This document shows, one piece after another, positions 8,428 through 17,785 of a stretch of 64,000 nt of DNA. The stretch lies in contig PLNR01000009.1 in the NCBI GenBank assembly GCA_003141835.1, positions 72,307-136,306 on the forward strand, written 5' to 3'. A model generated the notes under the pieces. The model was not told the origin of the DNA, did no database searches, and saw only the letters and a list, made by a program, of their open reading frames with translations. Each line of letters begins with the position of its first letter. The stretch's first letter is position 1. The DNA is from Candidatus Omnitrophota bacterium (GTDB taxonomy: Bacteria; Omnitrophota; Gorgyraeia; Pluralincolimonadales; Pluralincolimonadaceae). The position numbers and the translations under genes are program-made.

Positions 8428-9618
8428 CTACCTCGCCAGGTCCGATACGAACGTCATCTCTATCCCCCTGCTTTCTATAAGCGGGATCATGTCTTTCAAA
8501 ACGGATATGGTGTTAGGGCGGTCGTGGCCTATCGCCACGGCGTACCCGTTCTTTACCGCGAGGTCCATCGCCTTGCCGATCTGCTTTTTTATGTAGGCCG
8601 GGTCGCTTTCGTTATCGAGGAATACGGACCTCTTGATAAACCTTATGCCCGCTTCCTTCGCGGCCGGCTCGCAAACGGAATAATTGGTGACGAGACTGTC
8701 GAGGAAGAACATGTTGTTCTTTTTTAATTCGCCGAATACGACTTTCATAAGCCTGCGGTCTTCGGTGGCCTTGGATCCCTCGTGGTTATTCATACCGACC
8801 GCGCCGGGAACGGTCTGGAGCGCCTTATAAAGGTTAGCCCTTATCTCGTCATCGGTCATGCCGGTATAAAGGGTTGTAAGCTCAAGCTTGATCTTCGCCT
8901 TCGGCTCCATGGGCATGTGTATTATCACCTGTTGGCCGCGGGCCTCCGCCTTCTGGGCGATCATTGTCGAATAAGGAAGGCCGGGCAATATGGAAATAGT
9001 GACCGGTTTATCCACTTGCAGGATAGCTTCCAGGTTCCTTGTGCTGTAACCCCAATCATCCAGCACTATCGCCAGTTTCGGGCGCGCCGGGACCGGGACC
9101 GGCTTTATTACTTCAGGAGTCACAGGGGGAATGACCGGGACCTTCGGCGGCACCGGCGGTACCGGCTTCGCCGTTACCCTCCGGATAAGTGTCAGGCGGA
9201 ATACCGGGTTGCTTGATGAGCGTTCCGCGATGATGAACGACGCTTCTTCCCTTAATTCCTTCTTGCTCCCTTCAGGGGCCAAGGCCCCTGAAGGGACCTT
9301 GCTCTTCACCGCGCTCTCTTTTACCGTCCTTGAGACCGAAAGCAATTTAAACCCGGCCTTATCGAGTGATTTCGAGATTCTCTTCTCGAAATCATCGAAA
9401 GAGAACCCGTCCGGGACCCAATACCTCTTTTCGAGGTAGACGTGTTTCGCTTTGCCTACCAGGTCCTTATTCGAGACCTTGGCCGCGGCGAGTTCGGAAG
9501 AAACGATCCGCTCAAGCGTCCTGTCATGGAACAGGTCCCTGGTGGTATTGTAGAGCAATACCACGCAGATCACCGCCGCGATGATGACTACAACGTTATA
9601 CGCGTTTGCTTTGTTCAT
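8428..9618 (-). CDS. Divergent polysaccharide deacetylase family protein
   Basis: N-terminal TM, Pro-rich linker, LAIVLDDWG, HMPMEP, NNHEGS, FLDS, FLDN, AIGH. Confidence 0.88.
   Translation of the reverse strand: MNKANAYNVVVIIAAVICVVLLYNTTRDLFHDRTLERIVSSELAAAKVSNKDLVGKAKHVYLEKRYWVPDGFSFDDFEKRISKSLDKAGFKLLSVSRTVKESAVKSKVPSGALAPEGSKKELREEASFIIAERSSSNPVFRLTLIRRVTAKPVPPVPPKVPVIPPVTPEVIKPVPVPARPKLAIVLDDWGYSTRNLEAILQVDKPVTISILPGLPYSTMIAQKAEARGQQVIIHMPMEPKAKIKLELTTLYTGMTDDEIRANLYKALQTVPGAVGMNNHEGSKATEDRRLMKVVFGELKKNNMFFLDSLVTNYSVCEPAAKEAGIRFIKRSVFLDNESDPAYIKKQIGKAMDLAVKNGYAVAIGHDRPNTISVLKDMIPLIESRGIEMTFVSDLAR
9262..9304. repeat. 14-bp perfect palindrome flanked by 7-bp direct repeat inside a CDS
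   Basis: tcccttcaggggcc-aa-ggcccctgaaggga (9267-9296); cttgctc at 9262-9268 and 9298-9304. Confidence 0.85.
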
Positions 9619-10904
9619 TTTTGCCCGTTTTGCACGATGCAGGACTTGTATATCTTCATCGTCTTTATCACGTCTATAGCGGCCTGGAGCTGGTTGTCAT
9701 ATTCCTCTTTCTTCACAGCAGGCTTTTGCGGCTGATCCTCGATCTTATCGAAGACCTCATCGGGATTTTGCTTTGATGCCTCTTCCTTCTTGACCGGCTT
9801 ATATTCCACGACTATATCGGGCATGATGCCCTTCCCGTGGATAGAGCGGCCGCTCGGCGTGTAATATTTGCTTGTTGTAAGCCGCATCGCGGAACCGTCG
9901 GATAGAGGTATGACGGTCTGCACCGATCCCTTGCCGAATGTCTTCATGCCGACCAATACTGCGCGTTTGTGGTCCTGCAACGCGCCGGCGACTATCTCGG
10001 AACCGGAGGCCGAGCCCTGGTCGACGAGCACGACCATCGGGTAATCGGTCCTGGGCTTCTTCTCCTTCACGCGGAACTCCATCTCTTTCTTCTCGTTCCG
10101 CCCTTTGGTATATACGATCATCTCCCCGGTCGGGAGGAATTTGCCCGCGACTTCGGCGGCGACATTCAAAAGCCCGCCCGGGTCGTTCCTCAGGTCGAGG
10201 ATAAGGCTGTCCATCCCTTGCTTCTCGAGATCGACCAGCGCGTCCTCGAGGTCCTTGGCCGAGCGCTCCTGGAATATGCTGAGTTTTACGTATGCTATCT
10301 TCTCTTCCAGTATCCTCGGGTTCTTTATCGACTTCACCTTGATGATATCCCTTGTTATCGTGAAATCAAGGACCTTGCTCTCGCTCTCGCGCAGGACCGT
10401 TATCGTGACAGGCGTCCCGGCTTTTCCCCGGAGTTTCTTTACCGCCTCGACCAGTGTGATGCCGCGCGTTATGTCTTTGTCTATCTTCACGATCCTGTCC
10501 CCGGCCTTCACCCCTGCTTTGAAGGCGGGGGTATCGTCTATCGGCGCGATGACGGTAAGCAAGTCGTCCTTGACGGCTATCTCGATGCCGATCCCGCCGA
10601 ATTCGCCTTCGGTCTCGACCTTCATCTCCGCATAAGACTCGGGATCCATGAACTCGCTGAATTTATCCAGCGATTGCACCATGCCCTTGAGCGCGCCGTA
10701 TATCAGCGCTTTCGACTTGACGTCATCGACGTATTCGGAGCGGACGATGGTAAGTGCGTCTGAAAAGAGCTCAAGCTGTTTATATATATCCTCTTCCTTC
10801 TCCGGCGTGGCCTTTACCGCAGGGGCGGTCGGCGCTGCAGAGAGGCAGTTGGAAAGCGCGAAAAATACGATCAAGAACCAAACTGCAAACCTGGTTTTAC
10901 GCAT
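9615..10904 (-). CDS. ctpA: C-terminal processing peptidase S41 (CtpA/Prc)
   Basis: Signal peptide, PDZ GIGI, LDLRNDPGGLL, SASGSEIVAGALQD, TFGKGSVQ. Confidence 0.93.
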   Translation of the reverse strand: MRKTRFAVWFLIVFFALSNCLSAAPTAPAVKATPEKEEDIYKQLELFSDALTIVRSEYVDDVKSKALIYGALKGMVQSLDKFSEFMDPESYAEMKVETEGEFGGIGIEIAVKDDLLTVIAPIDDTPAFKAGVKAGDRIVKIDKDITRGITLVEAVKKLRGKAGTPVTITVLRESESKVLDFTITRDIIKVKSIKNPRILEEKIAYVKLSIFQERSAKDLEDALVDLEKQGMDSLILDLRNDPGGLLNVAAEVAGKFLPTGEMIVYTKGRNEKKEMEFRVKEKKPRTDYPMVVLVDQGSASGSEIVAGALQDHKRAVLVGMKTFGKGSVQTVIPLSDGSAMRLTTSKYYTPSGRSIHGKGIMPDIVVEYKPVKKEEASKQNPDEVFDKIEDQPQKPAVKKEEYDNQLQAAIDVIKTMKIYKSCIVQNGQK

Positions 10905-12351
10905 TCTGTTCTCCTTTGCTGTTTTTCGAAAGTTTATCCCTTAATATCTTGTTGACGACCGCGGGATTGGCCTTCCCCTTGGTCTTCTTCATCACCTGGC
11001 CGACGAGGAACATGAGCGCGTTATCTTTTCCGTTCATGAAATCTTCCGAGGTCTTCGCGTTTTCCGCGATCGCCTCTTCGGCGAATTTCTCGAGCTCCCC
11101 GGTATCGGATATCTGGACAAGCCCCTTCTCCGATATTATGGCGGCGGCTTCCTTGCCCGTATCGAGCATCTCAATGATGATATCTTTCGCCATCTTGCCG
11201 CTTATCTTTCCTGAGTCGATCTCTTTAAGGAGCCCGGCGAGGGCCTGCGGTTTCAATTTTGAATCTTTTACAGTCAGGTTCTTGGCGTTCAAATACCCCG
11301 AAACGTCGCCCATCAGCCAGTTCGAGACGGCCTTCGGCTTATTATAAAATTTTACGCATTCCTCGAAATAATCTGCCGTCGCCTTATCCTGGACCAGGAC
11401 CTCGGCGTCGTATTCGGTCAGGCTTAACGCGCCGATGAACCTCGCCTTCCTCGCTTCGGGCAGTTCCGGGAGATTTTTTCTTTCATTTTCCACCACGGCC
11501 GCCTCAAGCACGAACGGGACAAGATCAGGCTCGGGGAAATACCTGTAATCGTGCGCTTCTTCTTTAGAACGCATAGATACGGTCACCCCTTTATCCGGGT
11601 CCCAGAGCCGCGTCTCCTGGATTATCCTTTCGCCGGCCTCCAGGCATTTGGATTGCCTTTCGAATTCGAACTCTAGCGCGGACTTCACGGCCTTGAACGA
11701 ATTCATGTTCTTTACCTCGGCCTTGGTGCCGAGCCCGGTCTCGCCTTTCTTCCTGATCGATATGTTCGCGTCGCAGCGCAAGCTCCCCTTCTCCATGTCG
11801 CAATCCGATACGTCAAGGTAGCGCAGGAGCAGTTTCAGGTCGGTCAGGTACTGGTAGGCCTCTTCCGGGGAATTCATATCGGGCTCGCTCACTACTTCGA
11901 GGAGCGGCATCCCGGAGCGGTTGAAATCGACAAAACTCGAATCACCGCCCTCCTCATGGATGAGCTTTCCCGCGTCCTCCTCCATGTGCACCCTTTTTAT
12001 CTTTATCGTTTTTTCCTTACCCTCTATCGTTATCTTCAATTGGCCGTTCTCTGAAAGCGGCTCATCGTATTGCGATATCTGGTAATCCTTCGGCAAATCA
12101 GGATAGAAATAGTTCTTCCTGTGGAATTTTACCTGCTGGGATACTTTGCAGCCGACGGCGAGGGCAACCTTTATCGCCTCGACCAGCGCGCGCCGGTTCA
12201 GGACAGGCAGGGTGCCGGGGAAACCCAGGCAGACCGGGCACGTATGTGAATTCGGCGCGCCGCCGAACTCGGTCGTGCAGCCGCAGAACATCTTCGATAC
12301 GGTCTTAAGCTGGACGTGGACTTCAAGCCCTACGACTGGTTCATACGCCAT
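10897..12351 (-). CDS. gatB: Asp/Glu-tRNA amidotransferase subunit B
   Basis: GLEVHVQL, RKNYFYPDLPK, MEEDAGK, LRCDANIS, DYRYFPEPDL. Confidence 0.98.
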   Translation of the reverse strand: MAYEPVVGLEVHVQLKTVSKMFCGCTTEFGGAPNSHTCPVCLGFPGTLPVLNRRALVEAIKVALAVGCKVSQQVKFHRKNYFYPDLPKDYQISQYDEPLSENGQLKITIEGKEKTIKIKRVHMEEDAGKLIHEEGGDSSFVDFNRSGMPLLEVVSEPDMNSPEEAYQYLTDLKLLLRYLDVSDCDMEKGSLRCDANISIRKKGETGLGTKAEVKNMNSFKAVKSALEFEFERQSKCLEAGERIIQETRLWDPDKGVTVSMRSKEEAHDYRYFPEPDLVPFVLEAAVVENERKNLPELPEARKARFIGALSLTEYDAEVLVQDKATADYFEECVKFYNKPKAVSNWLMGDVSGYLNAKNLTVKDSKLKPQALAGLLKEIDSGKISGKMAKDIIIEMLDTGKEAAAIISEKGLVQISDTGELEKFAEEAIAENAKTSEDFMNGKDNALMFLVGQVMKKTKGKANPAVVNKILRDKLSKNSKGEQNA

Positions 12352-12354
12352 ATT

Positions 12355-13800
12355 CTAAAGCTCCGGGCTCCTCTTGTGCCAATCGGTATTACTTTCGTAA
12401 GTATAAGCGACGCGAAATAAATCTTCTTCCTTAAAGAAATTCCCTATAAGCTGCATCCCTATCGGCAGGCCGCCCTTGGTGAATCCGCACGGCATAGATA
12501 ACGCCGGGACGCCCGCGAGGTTTACCGATATCGTGAATATGTCAGACAGGTACATAGAAAGCGGATCCGCGGATTTTTCCCCGACTTTGAACGCCGCTGT
12601 CGGTGAAGTCGGCGTTAATATGCAGTCGCAGCCGCCCTCAAAAACCTGATCAAAATCACTCTTTATCAGCCAACGGACTTTCTGCGCCTTAAGATAATAG
12701 GCGTCGTAATATCCGCTTGATAAGACATATGTGCCGAGGATTATCCTGCGCTTAGCCTCGGCGCCGAAACCTTCCCCGCGCGTCCTCTCGTACATATCCA
12801 GGAGGTTCGCCGGGTCCTCGCAACGGTATCCGTATTGCACTCCGTCAAAACGCGCAAGGTTCGATGACGCTTCTGCGGTCGCAAGGATATAATAGACTGC
12901 TACGGCATATTCGGTATGCGGCAGCGATACGTCGACGATCTGCGCGCCTTTGCCTTTAAGGAGGGCTATCGCTTCCCTGACCGCGGCCTCGACTTCTTTG
13001 TCCATCCCGGCCACGAAATATTCTTTGGGTATCCCGATCTTCATGCCTTTTACGTCGTTTTTCAGGCAAGACGCGTAATCGGGGACCGGGACATTAACCG
13101 ATGTCGAATCTTTTTCGTCAAAGCCCGCGATTACGCCGAGGAGGAGCGCCGCATCTTTGATATCCTTGGTGAACGGCCCGATCTGGTCCAGGCTTGAGGC
13201 GAACGCGATGAGCCCGTACCGCGATACCCTGCCGTATGTCGGTTTCATACCGACGACGCCGCAAAGCGAAGCCGGCTGCCTTATCGATCCGCCTGTATCC
13301 GAACCTATCGCCATTATCGCCTCGTCGGCCGAGACTACCGCCGCAGAACCGCCGCTCGAACCGCCGGGTATCCTCGATGTATCCCACGGGTTCAATGTCG
13401 GGAAATACGAGGAATTTTCGCAGGAAGAGCCGAACGCGAATTCGTCCATGTTAGTCCTGCCGAAGACCACCGCGCCGGCAGACCTTAATTTTTCGATGAC
13501 CGTGGCGTTATACGGGGGCTTGAAACCTCGGAGGATCTTTGAGGCGCAGGTAGTCAGCTCGCCCTCGACGCAGATATTGTCTTTTACCGCGACCGGGATG
13601 CCTTTCAACTTTCCGGTGGCCGGAAGGCTCTTGACATGGCGCAAGGCCATTTCTTTATCGAGGTTGATATAGCCTTTTATCTTTTTGTCTACGGATTGCG
13701 CGCGGGAATAGACCGATTCGATTATCTCTTCGGGTTTTACAGATTTCTTATCCAGCAGGCTCAAGAGTTCGCCGGCCGTGAGGGAATAAAGGTTATCCAT
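12355..13800 (-). CDS. gatA: Asp/Glu-tRNA amidotransferase subunit A
   Basis: TNMDEFAFGSS, PGGSSGGSAA, SDTGGSIRQPA, SNLARFDG. Confidence 0.98.
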   Translation of the reverse strand: MDNLYSLTAGELLSLLDKKSVKPEEIIESVYSRAQSVDKKIKGYINLDKEMALRHVKSLPATGKLKGIPVAVKDNICVEGELTTCASKILRGFKPPYNATVIEKLRSAGAVVFGRTNMDEFAFGSSCENSSYFPTLNPWDTSRIPGGSSGGSAAVVSADEAIMAIGSDTGGSIRQPASLCGVVGMKPTYGRVSRYGLIAFASSLDQIGPFTKDIKDAALLLGVIAGFDEKDSTSVNVPVPDYASCLKNDVKGMKIGIPKEYFVAGMDKEVEAAVREAIALLKGKGAQIVDVSLPHTEYAVAVYYILATAEASSNLARFDGVQYGYRCEDPANLLDMYERTRGEGFGAEAKRRIILGTYVLSSGYYDAYYLKAQKVRWLIKSDFDQVFEGGCDCILTPTSPTAAFKVGEKSADPLSMYLSDIFTISVNLAGVPALSMPCGFTKGGLPIGMQLIGNFFKEEDLFRVAYTYESNTDWHKRSPEL

Positions 13801-13809
13801 ATACGCGAA

Positions 13810-14106
13810 TTATTCTTCTATTATCCTCGGGACCTTGAAGAAATCGCCTTTCTTCTGGGGGGCGTTCGAAAGCGCCTTTTCGGGCGGGAGCGACGGTTTT
13901 ACCTCATCCGCCCTAAAACTGTTAGAAGCGTCATGCGGATGGCTCATCGGAGGGGTGCGGTTCTGCACGTCGAGCTTCTGGTTCAGCTTATCGACATAAC
14001 CGAGTATCCCGTCCAGCTGGCGCGAGAAGAGGGCCACCTCTTCATCGGTCAGTTTTATCCTTGCCAACCGCGCGGCATATCTAACCTTCTCTTCCATTAC
14101 GCTCAT
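13810..14106 (-). CDS. gatC: Asp/Glu-tRNA amidotransferase subunit C
   Basis: ARLARIKL, NAP...FFKVPRII; directly upstream of gatA. Confidence 0.95.
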   Translation of the reverse strand: MSVMEEKVRYAARLARIKLTDEEVALFSRQLDGILGYVDKLNQKLDVQNRTPPMSHPHDASNSFRADEVKPSLPPEKALSNAPQKKGDFFKVPRIIEE

Positions 14107-14117
14107 CTTAACTTGCT

Positions 14118-14146
14118 AAGATATCACAACTTACGCCGGATGTCAA
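14118..14146 (-). promoter_or_regulatory. Putative sigma70 promoter for gatCAB
   Basis: TTGACA-17 bp-TATCTT. Confidence 0.6.
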
Positions 14147-14154
14147 CCGGAGGA

Positions 14155-14994
14155 TTAGAGGGCGTTGGAGATGCGGGCGAATTCTTCGAGGGAGAGCTGT
14201 TCGGCCCTGATATTCGGGTCGATGCCTATCTTTTTGAGGAGTCCGGCGAGGCCTGCCTTATCGAGTTTTATCTCCTCGCTCGAAAGGAGGGAATTAAGCA
14301 GCATCTTCCTGCGCTGGCCGAAGCCCGCTTTGACGACTGCGAAAAATTTATCTTCGTCGTTGGCCTGGACCGGGGGTTTTTGTAGTATCGCGAGCTCGAC
14401 GAACGACGAATCGACCTCGGGTTCGGGATAGAACGCCTGCCTGCCTATGTCGAGCAATATGCGCGGCTTGGTGTAGTACTGCACGAAGACAGAGAGCGAA
14501 CCGTAATCCCTGCCGCCCGGCTTAGCGCATATCCTCTCGGCGACTTCCTTCTGGATCGTTATGAACACCGTCTCAAAATTATGCCTGCCGGCGATCAGTT
14601 TCTCTATTATCGGCGAGGTGATGTAATACGGGAGGTTGCCTATCACTTTGACTTTGTAAGGCGACTCGGCAAGCGCCCGCTCGAGATCGAGCTCCAGGAA
14701 ATCTTCGCAGACGATATTTACGTTGGTGAACCCCTTGAGGATATCGCCGAGCGCCACGCAGGTGCCCCTGTCCTTCTCTACGGCCAGGACATGCGATACA
14801 TGGTGCGCGAGGCGTTCCGTGACCGCGCCCAATCCCGCGCCTATCTCCATGACCCAGTCCGTATCGTTGAACTTGCAGGCTTCTATTATATCCTCGATGA
14901 CGTCGCTGTCGACAAGGTAGTTCTGGCCAAGATATTTCCTGGGCGTGAGCCCGTATCTTTTCAAGACAGATTTTAATTCGGATAGGTTGAGCAA
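14155..14994 (-). CDS. rsmA: 16S rRNA dimethyladenosine transferase RsmA/KsgA
   Basis: LGQNYL, EIGAGLG, GNLPYYITSP, QKEVAER, QRRKML. Confidence 0.96.
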   Translation of the reverse strand: MLNLSELKSVLKRYGLTPRKYLGQNYLVDSDVIEDIIEACKFNDTDWVMEIGAGLGAVTERLAHHVSHVLAVEKDRGTCVALGDILKGFTNVNIVCEDFLELDLERALAESPYKVKVIGNLPYYITSPIIEKLIAGRHNFETVFITIQKEVAERICAKPGGRDYGSLSVFVQYYTKPRILLDIGRQAFYPEPEVDSSFVELAILQKPPVQANDEDKFFAVVKAGFGQRRKMLLNSLLSSEEIKLDKAGLAGLLKKIGIDPNIRAEQLSLEEFARISNAL

Positions 14995-14996
14995 GT

Positions 14997-16001
14997 TCAG
15001 CCCTTCTTTTTCTTGAAGATATCTATGGCGAGTTTTACCGACTCGGTCAACGGCCTGTGATTGGCTATCCCTTTTCCGGCTATGTCGAAAGCCGTGCCGT
15101 GGCCGGGAGAGGTCCTTACGAACGGCAGGCCCAAGGTAATATTTATACTGGAGTCCCTGGCTATCATCTTCAACGGAGTAAGCCCCTGGTCATGGTACAT
15201 CGCTACGATGCAGTCGAGCTTCCGGCGGTAGGCCATGTAAAAGAGCGCCTCTGACGCGGCCGGCCCGACTATATTCTTAAAACGCTTCTTCGCTTCGTTG
15301 ACCGCGGGGGCTATTATTTCGATCTCCTCCGTGCCTATCTTCCCGCCTTCCCCGCCGTGCGGATTAAGGCTTGAGACCCCTATCCTCGGCTCGGCTATGC
15401 CGAAATAACCGGCCAGCGCCTCGTGGCTCAATCTTATGGCCCTGATTATCTCTTCTTTTGTGACCGCCTTCGGCACCGCGCGGACCGGGATGTGCCTCGT
15501 AACGAGAGTCACTTTAAGCGGCCCGCCTATAAGCATCATGGCAAAATCTTTCGTCCCAAATTTATTTGCCATATATTCCGTGTGCCCGATAAAATTTATG
15601 CCCGGGAACGCGGACGAGACCGCCTCTTTGCTTAACGGGGCGTTAACGAGGCAGTCAGCCTTCTTTTCTTTGATCAGTTTGAGCGCGAGGTCGAGATAGG
15701 CCAGGGAGGCCTCGCCGGAAAGCTTTGATTGGCGGCCGAATTTCACCTGGCTGGGGGCGATGATATACGGGTCTACCACCGAGATCCCTCGAAGGGACGC
15801 CACCGGGACCGCCGGGAGCCTCAACGCGGCGTTGATGACCGAGCTGTCGCCGACAATAATAAAATCGGCAAGCCTGCGTAACCTGCGGCTTACCAGCGTT
15901 TTTAATACTATCTCGGGCCCTATGCCGAAAGGATCACCTAAAGTAACGGCTACCCGCGGCCGCGACGGCTTGCGGGTTTTATTTGACCTGTATAAAAGCA
16001 T
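14997..16001 (-). CDS. pdxA: 4-hydroxythreonine-4-phosphate dehydrogenase
   Basis: TLGDPFGIGPE, GHTE, LNPHGGE, AMYHDQG, GLPFVRTSPGHGTAFDIAG. Confidence 0.94.
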   Translation of the reverse strand: MLLYRSNKTRKPSRPRVAVTLGDPFGIGPEIVLKTLVSRRLRRLADFIIVGDSSVINAALRLPAVPVASLRGISVVDPYIIAPSQVKFGRQSKLSGEASLAYLDLALKLIKEKKADCLVNAPLSKEAVSSAFPGINFIGHTEYMANKFGTKDFAMMLIGGPLKVTLVTRHIPVRAVPKAVTKEEIIRAIRLSHEALAGYFGIAEPRIGVSSLNPHGGEGGKIGTEEIEIIAPAVNEAKKRFKNIVGPAASEALFYMAYRRKLDCIVAMYHDQGLTPLKMIARDSSINITLGLPFVRTSPGHGTAFDIAGKGIANHRPLTESVKLAIDIFKKKKG

Positions 16002-16938
16002 CGCGTTTCAGTTTCGCTATCCAGTCCTGGTAACGTTTCTGGGCTTTTTCCCTGAAGATTATATTCTCTATATCCGACCGCGCTTCCGGAAGCGGACGCA
16101 CGTAGCTATCCTTCTTCTCGTCGACCTTGAAGATATAATATCCGGTATCGGTCTTTACCGGCTCGCTCACCTCGCCCGGCTTCAATGCGAATATAACCTT
16201 CTCGAAATCCTCGCGCATCTGGCCTCTCTCGACGGTCCCGAAATCCCCGCCTTCCTTCGCCTTGGCGCCCGTCGAATACGCTTTGGCCAACTCGCCGAAG
16301 TCGCGGCCTTCCTTGGCGAGTTTTACCATGTCATCGGCTTTCTGCTTGACGGCATCCTCGGTGCTATCCTGGTCGATACGGAGTATGATGCCGCGCAGAT
16401 GGACCGATTCCGGCGCCTTAAGTTCTTCCGCGTGTATTTTGTAATAATTCTCTATCTCGGTAGGCGTAACTACTACCTTACCCCTTACCTGGCTATCCAC
16501 GAGCTTGGTCATTATTATATTTTCCCTGTAGCGCTTTTTCAGGATCTCGGTAGAGACGCCTGACTTCTCGAGCTCGCCGTAAAATACCTCTTCCGAAGGA
16601 AAACGGGATTTCACTTCCTTTAACCTTTGTTCCACCTCGGCATCCGCTGCGGTGATATTGTCTTTTTTGGCTTCCTGGAGTATCAGCTTGTTCTCTATCA
16701 TCTGGTTCAGGAGGTCTTTGCGCACCTCTTCGGTCTTTGCCTTAAGTTCGTCCCCGGAATATTCTTTTTTCAGGTCATCGATGCTGGAAAGGAGGGCCTC
16801 GTCCAGGTCCGCCTCGGTGACGACATCATCGTTGACGACCGCGAGTATCTTGTTCACGGCGCCGGTCGTCTGGCATAACGCCAGGGACTGCAGCGCCAAG
16901 ACGAAGACCAGCAATAATATGCTTAACTTTGCCTTCAT
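15979..16938 (-). CDS. surA: SurA-like parvulin peptidyl-prolyl isomerase
   Basis: Signal peptide, ILAVVNDDVVT, DFGELAKAYS...GGDFG; surA-pdxA-rsmA gene order. Confidence 0.8.
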   Translation of the reverse strand: MKAKLSILLLVFVLALQSLALCQTTGAVNKILAVVNDDVVTEADLDEALLSSIDDLKKEYSGDELKAKTEEVRKDLLNQMIENKLILQEAKKDNITAADAEVEQRLKEVKSRFPSEEVFYGELEKSGVSTEILKKRYRENIIMTKLVDSQVRGKVVVTPTEIENYYKIHAEELKAPESVHLRGIILRIDQDSTEDAVKQKADDMVKLAKEGRDFGELAKAYSTGAKAKEGGDFGTVERGQMREDFEKVIFALKPGEVSEPVKTDTGYYIFKVDEKKDSYVRPLPEARSDIENIIFREKAQKRYQDWIAKLKRDAFIQVK

Positions 16939-17768
16939 TTACCCTGCCCTGCTTCCAGTAATTTCTCGTTTATCTTGACATGCGCTTTTGACCTCAGGCT
17001 TTTGACGAGGTCGTCGAGCGTCCTCTGCTGCGCCTTATCCTTCAATTCTTTTTCGATGGCGTCCCTGACCTCGGAAAGCTCCACCGTCCTCGGCTCGATC
17101 CTGTCGGTCAATTTTATGATATGGTATCCGAATTTTGTCTTGATTATGCCGCTCAACTGGCCGACCTGGAGCTTGAAACAGACCTCTTCTATCTCCGGCA
17201 TCAACTGGCCTTTTATGAAATAGCCCAAGTCGCCGCCCCTCGCTTTCGAGGGATCCTTCGAATATTGCTTAGCCAATTCGGCGAAATCGCCGCCGTCTTT
17301 GAGCTTCTGGAGGACTTCGTTGGCCTCGGCCTCGGTATCGACCATTATATGGCTCGCGCGCAGTTTTAACGGCGTGACAAAATCGTCCTTGTGTATAGCG
17401 TAAAACTCTTTTATCTTCTCCTCGCTCACCGCGGATTTCTTGACTTCGGTCTCCATCAGCCTGGCTATAAGTATCTTCCGCTTCGCCTCATCCAAAAGTT
17501 CCTTCACCTCAGGCTCCTTGTTGATGCCGCGCCTGAGCGCTTCCTTATAGATGAGCTGCTCATTTATCATATCGTCGAGGAAGTCTTTTTTCCGCTCGCC
17601 CACGAGCGTCTTATAGTAAGCGGGCATCTTGGAAACCCTCTTCTCGAAATCCCCTACGGTTATAGCCCTGCCGTCAACGGTCGCGAGAGGCTTGGATTTC
17701 GCATTACCGCACCCGGAAAAGGCGAAAATAGAGGCTATAAGCATAGTGATCAGGCAAAGTTTTTTCAT
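16935..17768 (-). CDS. PrsA-like lipoprotein foldase (parvulin PPIase)
   Basis: Start moved to MKKLCLIT (17768); lipobox FSGC; ASHIMV, FAELAKQYSKD, GGDLG, FGYHII. Confidence 0.85.
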   Translation of the reverse strand: MKKLCLITMLIASIFAFSGCGNAKSKPLATVDGRAITVGDFEKRVSKMPAYYKTLVGERKKDFLDDMINEQLIYKEALRRGINKEPEVKELLDEAKRKILIARLMETEVKKSAVSEEKIKEFYAIHKDDFVTPLKLRASHIMVDTEAEANEVLQKLKDGGDFAELAKQYSKDPSKARGGDLGYFIKGQLMPEIEEVCFKLQVGQLSGIIKTKFGYHIIKLTDRIEPRTVELSEVRDAIEKELKDKAQQRTLDDLVKSLRSKAHVKINEKLLEAGQGK

Positions 17769-17785
17769 ATTTAGGATATAATATA

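Noticed and set aside
9085-9180. ccgg-rich short repeats
   Set aside because: They encode the Pro/Val linker of the deacetylase.
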